A stretch of 64,000 nt of DNA from an uncultured Candidatus Saccharibacteria bacterium (GTDB lineage Bacteria; Patescibacteriota; Saccharimonadia; Saccharimonadales; CAIOMD01). The stretch lies in contig CAZMHM010000003.1 in assembly GCA_964566135.1 (NCBI GenBank), forward strand, positions 15,856 through 79,855, in the 5' to 3' direction. Below, in pieces: positions 1 to 9,000 of the stretch. Under the pieces are notes generated by a model that was given only the letters and a program-made list of their open reading frames with translations, searched no databases and was not told the DNA's origin. Each line of letters begins with the position of its first letter. Within the stretch, counting starts at the first letter, position 1. The translations under genes and the position numbers were made by a program.

Positions 1-3000
1 TGCAAACCACCAATGGAGCCGGTACCCTCAGCAGCACCCTTGCCATTAACACTCCAACGGTTGGTAACCAGACCTTCCAAATCCCCGACCAAGCCGCTGC
101 CGGTACGTACACAATTTGTATTCAGAACGCGACGGGTTGTGGCTTCCTTAAGCGAGGTGCACAAGACACTTCAACGCTTGGCACCTTAACTGCCGGCCAG
201 TACCTCTACGGCTTTAGCAACACTAGTGCCACAGCCAGTGGTGTGCTGTCACTCACTAACGGTGCAACCTCAACAGGCAATACCCTCTACGTTACATCCA
301 GCGGTAACCCCGCAGCGGGCAGCGCCCTCATCGTCGCCAACGCCGCAACTGGTGTAACTGGCAACCTCATAGATTTACAGCTCAACGCCGTCAGCAAGTT
401 TAGTGTTAACCAAGCAGGTAACGTGATAGCTGCCGGCACCATTACCAGTGGTGCCGTTAACGGCTTAACCCTCACCTCTGCTGCTGATGGCTTTACCATT
501 GCCGGTGGTACTGCCAGCCGAACACTCACTGTTACTGGTGCTAACATCACCATTGGCTCAACCATTACGCCAACTGCTGCTGGTGCGCTTGCGGTCAGTG
601 CTAATGGTGCCAACAACCTTAGCCTTGATGGTGGTACGACAGGTGCTGTTAACATTAACGGTTCAAGCAGCGGTGACGTTAACATTGCTGGTGGTAGTGG
701 TACAACTGGTTGTACCGTCACTAACAGCACAGGTGCTTTAACCTGTACAGCTGGCATTACTAGTAACAACAACACCATTAACAGCCAAACCTTAAGCAGC
801 ACAGCCTTAACCTTTACTGGCGCTAATCCAACTATTAGCCCAAGCACTGCCAACACTGGTATTACACTCCAGGCAAACGGTACTGGTGCCTTAACCCTTG
901 GTGGTATTAGCACTGCTAGTAACACTATTAACGTTGGCACAGCTGCAGGTAACACCTTTACCCAAACCGTCAACATTGGTACGAGCGCAACGGCTGGTTC
1001 AACCACTAACGTCAACATTGGTTCAACCGTAGCTGGTACAACAACCTTACAAGGTCTCCTGGCTATTAGTGGCGGTACCAACAATGGTGTCTATTACCGA
1101 AACTCGTCTGGTAATGTCGTAAACACTGCCGCCGGTACAACAGGGCAATGTCTCCAGGGTGTGACCGGTGCTGCACCTAGCTGGTCAGCCTGTCTGAGTG
1201 CTGAAGCGGATACCTTGGCTACGGTTACTTCTCGTGGTGCAACCACTGCTACTGCTACCAGCTTCACTGGTGGCTTAACCGTTAGCAACGGTGCTGCTAC
1301 TGCTATTGCTGTTACTTCAAACGCAACAGTGCCAACAGCCGACCAATTAAGTATTACTAACACCGGCTCAACGGGTGTTACAACTGCAGGTGTAAATGGA
1401 TTAAGTATTGCGTACAAGGGTGGTGCTGCAGCTGTTGAAGCCGCTGGCGCCCGTGTTGACCTTACACCTGGCACAACCTCTGGTGGTACCTGGAGTGGTG
1501 TTCGTGTCGTACCAAATGCAACCGGTGCTGTAGCTGGCGTCACTGAAAATGCTCTTAAGATAGACACCCTCACCACACCGGGTGCTGGTACTGAAAATGC
1601 TATCTCGGTTGGTACTGGCTGGGATGCGGTTCTTTCATATAACGGTACTGTTCTTATTAATGGCACGGGTATTGTCCAAAGCGCTGCCGTGTCTGGTAGC
1701 TACACCGGCATTACTGGTGTCGGTACTCTTACCGTTGGTACTTGGAACGGTACCCAAATTGGTGCAACCTACGGTGGTACTGGTCAAACGACCACCACAG
1801 CTGGTGACCTATTAGTTGGTGCTGCTGGTAATACCTGGAACAAGGTTGCCGCAGTCGCATCTGGTTCTTGTCTTATATCTCAGGGTGTTGGTGTTGCACC
1901 GATTTGGGGAGCTTGTGGAGCAACAAACATCGTTCAGGCTCCAACTAACACGGCTCAAAACACTATTACACCAACAACAACTGGCACAGTTGGTCTTACG
2001 GTTAACAGCACAAGCTTCGCAACTGGTGGTGCAACGGCTCTCATTGTTAACCAAACTGCCACCGCCGCAACTGCTGTAGATGGTGTAGACATTAACATTA
2101 ACAATGCCACTAACCCAGTAACAAACGGGCTCCTTATTAATAAGACCGGTGCAGGCACGATAACAAGCTTACTCAACCTTACCCAAGGTGCAGGCACCAC
2201 AACAAACGGTATTATCTTTAACGGTACTATTACCAATGACATCACCACGGCAGCTGCTCGGGCACTCACGGTAGTTACCGGTACAACTGGTGCCTTGTCA
2301 CTCGACACCGGTACAACAGGCGCTATTAATATAGGAACAAACGTTAATAATAAGACAATCCAAATTGGAGCCGGTACTGGTACTGCCGCAAGTAGTACAG
2401 TCAATATTGCCAACTCGGCAAGTGCTGCGCAAACAGTAACTATTGGCTCGACTAACGGCGCAAGTGCATTAACACTTCAGGGTGGTACAGGAAATATCAA
2501 CTTAAGTACTAACTCTTCTTCTGCTAGCGTGATAATTAAGACGCTCACAAACAGCACAACGGCGTTTAGGATACTAGACGCTAGTAATAATCAGATCTTC
2601 AATGTAGACACCACAACTGTGAATGGAACAGGAGCATTTAAGTTAGGTAATTCTGCCTATGTACAGGCTACAAATAGCTCTGGGCTTGTTCAGAAGCTAT
2701 ATATGACAGATGGATTTAGCTACATAAGCTTTGATAACCAATCAGGCCCAGGTGGTATTGAGTTGGGTGGTAATGTTGGGGTGAACGGTGTTATCGCGGG
2801 TACAACTATTACCGCTACAGGTGGCCCGATAGCCGCACAAGCAGGTAATGGAACAAATGCGAAGCCAGTATTAAGGGTATTCCCTGCCTCCGTAAATGGA
2901 GGTGACACTACTGGTACAACAGGTCAAACTGCAGGCTCTGGCTCCGGGATAACTCTTCAAACAAGTACTGGTGGCGCGGCTACTGGTGCATCTGGTGCAA

Positions 3001-6000
3001 ACTTTGGTGGCGCCGGTGGTGCATTCTCAGTTCTCACGGCAAACGGTGGCGCCGCAACAAGTGGTACCGGTGGTGCAGGCGGTGACATTTCATTAACTGC
3101 CGGCAATGGTGGAAATGGCTCAACAACCGGTGGCCGTGGTGGTAACATCACATTAGCTGCAGGTACTGTTGGTACGGGCGGTACCCCAACCCAAGGTAAG
3201 GTGATAGTAAAAAATATTGCCAACTCAACAACTGCCTTCCAAGTTCAAAACGCATCTAGCACACCAGTACTCGCCGTTGACACCACCAACCAAACGGTCA
3301 AAGTCCGCAGCCTCAGCGACGCTGCATCACTTGGCGCAAACTTGTTTGCAAACAGCTGTACTGGTGCTAACTGGAGTGGCGCTAACCCCTACACCCACAC
3401 TGCCGGTTCAACTACCGTACTGACCTGTACTGTCCCAAGCATAACTGCAGGTGCAACCTACGAAGTTGCCTATACCACTGCCGGCACTACAGCAGGTGAG
3501 TACTTTACCCCAAGTATGGGTGGTTCTAATGGACCACGAATCTATGGGGACGTTTCTGGTACAGTAGTCATTAGCACCACTACAACTGCAAACATGACCA
3601 TTGCACCAACCTCTGCGCAAACTGGTTCATTCACCATTACTTCAGTGAAGTTGGTTACCAACGCTAGCACACCACTGACCGTGCTAGACAGTACTGGTAC
3701 AACACGCCTAGAAGTTCGCGCTACTACCTACAACACCGCCCTAGGTCTGTCCAGCTTGCAATCAAACACAACTGGTTCACGTAACACCGCCGTTGGAAAC
3801 ATTAGCTTACAGAGTAATACAACTGGTAGCGACAACGCTGCCTTTGGCTATGCAGCACTGCAATACAACACAACTGGATTTAACAACACTGCAACTGGTT
3901 CATTTGCACTGTACTCAAACAGCACTGGTTCAAACAACACCGCAAACGGACAAAATGCACTGAGCAATAACTCTTCAGGTTACAACAACGCAGCATTTGG
4001 ATCAGCTGCCCTACAAACGAACAATGTCGGTATACAAAATACCGGTATTGGTATGTCAGCGCTTGCTGCTAATACCTCTGGCTCTAATAACACAGCAGTC
4101 GGCTATGCATCTCAGAGCGGTGGCACCACCACATCCAATAACACCAGCGTCGGCTACAACAGCCTCCAGAACGCCACTGGGTCATACAACACCGCCGTTG
4201 GTACGAGCACATTTACCGGTACAATATCTGGCGTCAACAATACCGCACTTGGCTTCAACGCTGGTACCTCTAACGGCGGCTTCACTCAAGTAACCAATGT
4301 AGACAACGCCACAGCTATTGGTGCCTACGCACTTGTCCAGGCCAGCAACTCACTGGTCTTAGGCCAAATACCAACACCAACTAAGGTTGGTATTGGCACC
4401 ACCATTCCGCTCAACACCTTTAGTGTTAGCCCAGTCGATTACGCAGTCGGTACCATTAGCCAAACTGCTAGTGCTACCGTGGTTGGTTCTGGTACCACCT
4501 TCACGGCTGCTATGGTTGGTGATCAGCTCATTTATGCCGATGGTGTCACCGACACCGTTACTGGATTTACCGATGCAACACACATCACCGTTACCACCAG
4601 CCGTACCCACAGTTCATCTGCTTACCGCTTGCACTACATTGGCTTGCAGGTACAAAGCAATGGTACTACCTACGCGCAAGGTAACAGTGCCACACAGCTT
4701 CAGGTTAAGAATGGCCAAGGTGTCGCCGTCCTTAACGTCGATACCGCCAATGGTCAACTACAACTCGGTAACTATAACGGTGGAACAAATGCCGTTGCAG
4801 GTAAGCTTGTTCTCAACAATACGACGAACGCCAATGGCTTGACTATTGTTGCCGGTGCAACTGCAAGCAACTATACGCTCACACTCCCAACCAGCGCTGG
4901 TAGCTCAAATGACTGTCTTAAGAACAGTGGTACGGCTGGTATATTGACGTTTGGTGCATGCGCCTCAGGTATCACACTGCAAGCAGCTTATAACTCATCT
5001 GCCGGAGCCACCCCAAGCATTGCTGTTAACTCAACCAACAAAGCAGTTGTCGTACAAAATTCTGTTACAAGTAGTATCGCAGCCGGTAACGAATACTTTG
5101 GTGTTCGTGCCGCTGGCGCAAGTGATGTTGTGTACGGTAACAGCATTTTCACTGTTAACAGTGGTGGTGTTGGTATTAACATCGGTGGTACTGGTAACCC
5201 AGTTACCAGCTACGACCTAAGCTTTGGCCAAGGTGCTAACCGTACCATTGGTGTACAAGTCCAAGGCACCGCTGCAACAGCGGGTAATAACTTGACCGTT
5301 TCAGCAGGCCAGGGAAATACAACAGGTGCCGGTGGTGTACTTATCCTTCGTGGTGGTACTGGTGGCGCAACTGGTGCTGGTGGAGACGTAACTATCACCG
5401 GTGGTACTGGTGGCGCAACGAGTGGTAATGGTGGCAACGTTACATTAGTAGCCGGCACAATGACGAGCGGTACCGCAGGTAGCGTAATTCTAAAACCTGG
5501 TGTCGGTGGCGACAAAGCGGGCGCTATTTCTATACAAAATGCGGCAGGTTCATCAATACTTGGTGTGAATACGTCAACTGGCGTTGTTTCTATAGACAAT
5601 GGTGATGCAGCTATTTCGCTACACGATGCGGCAAGTCCGAATACGTGGTTAATCGATAACTGGGCAGGTGGTGATTTATCTATTGGTATAGGCGGTAACG
5701 ACGATTTCAGGCTCGATGGTAAGTATGCTTATCTTGGCTCAAGCGATTTAGGGTCTAAGCTTATGTTTGGCGATAAACAAAATAATGCATACGGTAATGT
5801 TATGGTGGGCGAATATGGTAATACTGACACAGATATTGCACAACTGTTTGGATTTAGCGGCACTAACTTATCGTATGGGTATGGCACTGGTTCTATTTCT
5901 CAATCTGGCACAACTACTGTAACTGGTGTGGGTACATCATTTGATTTAAGTATGGAAGGTGCAACATTAGCTTATGCTGACGGTACGCTTGACACAGTTG

Positions 6001-9000
6001 TTACCGTTAATAGCCCAACCTCACTAACCGTTACAACATCGCGCACTAAGGGTTCAGATAGTAATTATCGCATTATTCGTAATGCACTATCCGTAAATCA
6101 ATATGGTGAGACAACGTTCCAATCGAATAGTTCAGGTAAATCTTTTGCCGTATTAGATAGTGCGAGTAACCCAGTATTAAGTGTTGATACATCATCGAGT
6201 GCTACTACCGGATGGAGCTCTAACTGGGTGATTAATAACGGTGTCAATAACAAGCAAAATGAACTAGAAAACCCAGGGTTTGAAGCAGCGACAGAAGATG
6301 GTCAATATTCAGGTTGGGCAGGGTCAGGTGTATTGCAAAACAATGCTACAAATGCACGTACGGGTAATCATGTGATGGAGCTCCCATCGGCAAATATGGA
6401 TATTTGCGAAGCAAAAGTTCACCCGGTACAACCAGGCGATATAATTTACTACGAAGGCTATGTTAAACGATCTGTTGGCGGTGGTGGTACTGGCGGTTTT
6501 TATGTTAAAGTACTCGATAAAGACTTTACTAATCCGGCCTTTAGTTCTGATACATGGACAGACCCAGGCACAAGTTATACACTACGCGCCAATTCATACA
6601 CCGTACCTGCAGGTAAATATTACGTAGAAATGTGTAACACTACCAGTGCTGGTACAACCGGTTCTTGGTTCTTTGACGATTTATATATGACCATTTCTAC
6701 CGAAAGAAGTTGGGTAACATATCGTAATACCTCAAACTCAACAACAGCATTCCAGATTCAAAATGCGGCAGGTACTTCAGTGCTCAATGTCGATACAACA
6801 AATGGCAACTTACTCATAAATGGCGTTACACCGACTACCTTTACTGGTAGCTTTGCTACGACGGGTGCGCACTGGTCGTTATCAAAGCAGGCTGACTATA
6901 TTTATTCAGTTCGCGATGGTACTTCGTTCCAGATTATTGATGCAACCAATCCGGCAAGTATGACAAATATTAGCACTACAACGGTATCGGGTGCTAACCG
7001 TCTACAGTCTATTCAGATTGCGGGCAAGTATGCATATATTTCAGACTTTGGTACTACGCAGTTCTATGTCTACGATGTCACTAACGCCGCCGCACCTACA
7101 CTTGTAAAAACGGTCACAACAGCAAGTAACCTTACCGATCTGTATGTATCGGGTAAAATTGGTTTCGCCGTTGGTACAAACAGACATATATATGCATATG
7201 ACTTAACGAACCCACTTAACCCACTACTGTTAAGCGATACTACCACGCCATTTACAACCGGTAGCGTGCTTGGCATTAAGACACTCGGTAATTACCTATA
7301 CATAACTGGTAACGTGAGCGGTACGGGTAAACTATTTATCTATGATTGGTCTAACTCTAGCTCATTAATACTTAAGAATGGTGCAGGCGCCTCAACTAAC
7401 ACGACGTCACCGCAGGGTCTTACGGTTGTTGGCCGTTATGCATATGTATACAACCGCACAACCGCAGCTTCGTTTGAAATCTTTGACATCAGTAATCCAT
7501 CAACTACCTCAGCACATGTCGGCACGCTTAACCTCACTGCTGGTGGTGCCACAAGCGCGAGCAGCCCACAGATGGTTGTCGTGCAAGGCAGTACAGCGTA
7601 TATAACGAATAACTCGGCAAGTAAGCTCGAAATTGTTGATGTAACTACGCCATCAGCACCATCGCTACTTGGTTCGGTCACAACCGACACAAACCCAGTG
7701 AGTATTGCAGTCGATGGCCGTTATGCCTATGTGGAATCCTATGGCTCAAGTACTATAAAGTCATATAACATTGGTGGTGCATATATTCAGGCTATCGATG
7801 CGGGCAATACAGCAGTAACTGATTTGCAGGTGTACAATAACGCAACAATTGCGGGTAACCTAACTGTGTATACCGGCTTAAATGTTGGCCAATCGCTTAA
7901 CGTTAACGAAGACCTTGGCGTAGCAGGGGATGTAAAATTCCAGAATTCATCTAACTCTAGTACCGCATTTGCGGTACAATCTGCTAGCGGTTATAACCAG
8001 ATTCTTGTAAATAACAGTGACACTAATAATAATCAGGTTGCAAACCCTAGCGCCGAACAAAATACAACTGGCTGGAATCCACGCACGGGCACAACACTTA
8101 CAAGGGACACGACAGATGAGTATGCCGGTGTTGCAAGCTTTAAACTAGCCAATACAGCTACCGCCAACGCCGGCATGAATCTACCGATTGTGCTAACGGC
8201 GAACACATATTACACTATGTCGTTTATGGTTAAGACCAGTAGTGCTTCGTCGACGCTTAGTTATGGTTATGCAGCTGATGGAGCAACCGAGACGCTTGCA
8301 ACATGTAACCCTGGCAGTAACCAGCCTTGTTTTGTTTCATCAGTTGCGATGGGCACTGGATGGACACGAACAATCATCGGGATTACAACTCCGAATACTG
8401 TTAACGGTGGCGCATACTTCTTTATTAAGCAGAGCGATGCGGTAGCGCGAAACATCTGGATTGATGCTGTTCGTATAGAGTCCGGTGGTTCTGGCCCACA
8501 ATACAGAGAGGGTGTCGTTAGCCTCGGTAGCAACGCAACGCTAGTAGGCGTAAATACCACCGCACCAATTGCTAATCTACAAGTGCAACAATCCTCATCA
8601 ACCTTTGGTCTAATCGTAAAGGGTAACGGTGAAAACTTCTTAGGAAAACAAGCGGTGTTCTCTATACAAGATAGTATAGGAACGAGTCATGTACAGTTTG
8701 ATGAGTTGCCTAACGAAACAAGAATTTACGGCGGTAGTGACTTCTGGGGCTCAGCAGGCTTATGGGTTGGTCCGCAGTTCACTAATGCGGTTGGCCTTAG
8801 GATTCAGGGTCAATCTGGCCAAACCGCAAATCTGTTTGACGTAATGGACAGCAGCACTAACAGGCTTGTCGTCATTAGTGGCTCGGGCGGGCTTGGCGCA
8901 GGGGGCGTCTCTATACCTAGCACGACTCTCAATGCGAGCCCCACATATTACAGTACGGGTACTGCCTACCAAAGTGGTACAACCATTACTGGTGTTGGGA

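Noticed and set aside
1-157. A DGR template/variable-repeat pair (1-157 vs 13531-13687).
   Set aside because: The 8 mismatches are C/T and G/A transitions at synonymous sites, not adenine-specific. No reverse transcriptase gene is in the window, and both copies are in-frame paralogous coding sequence.
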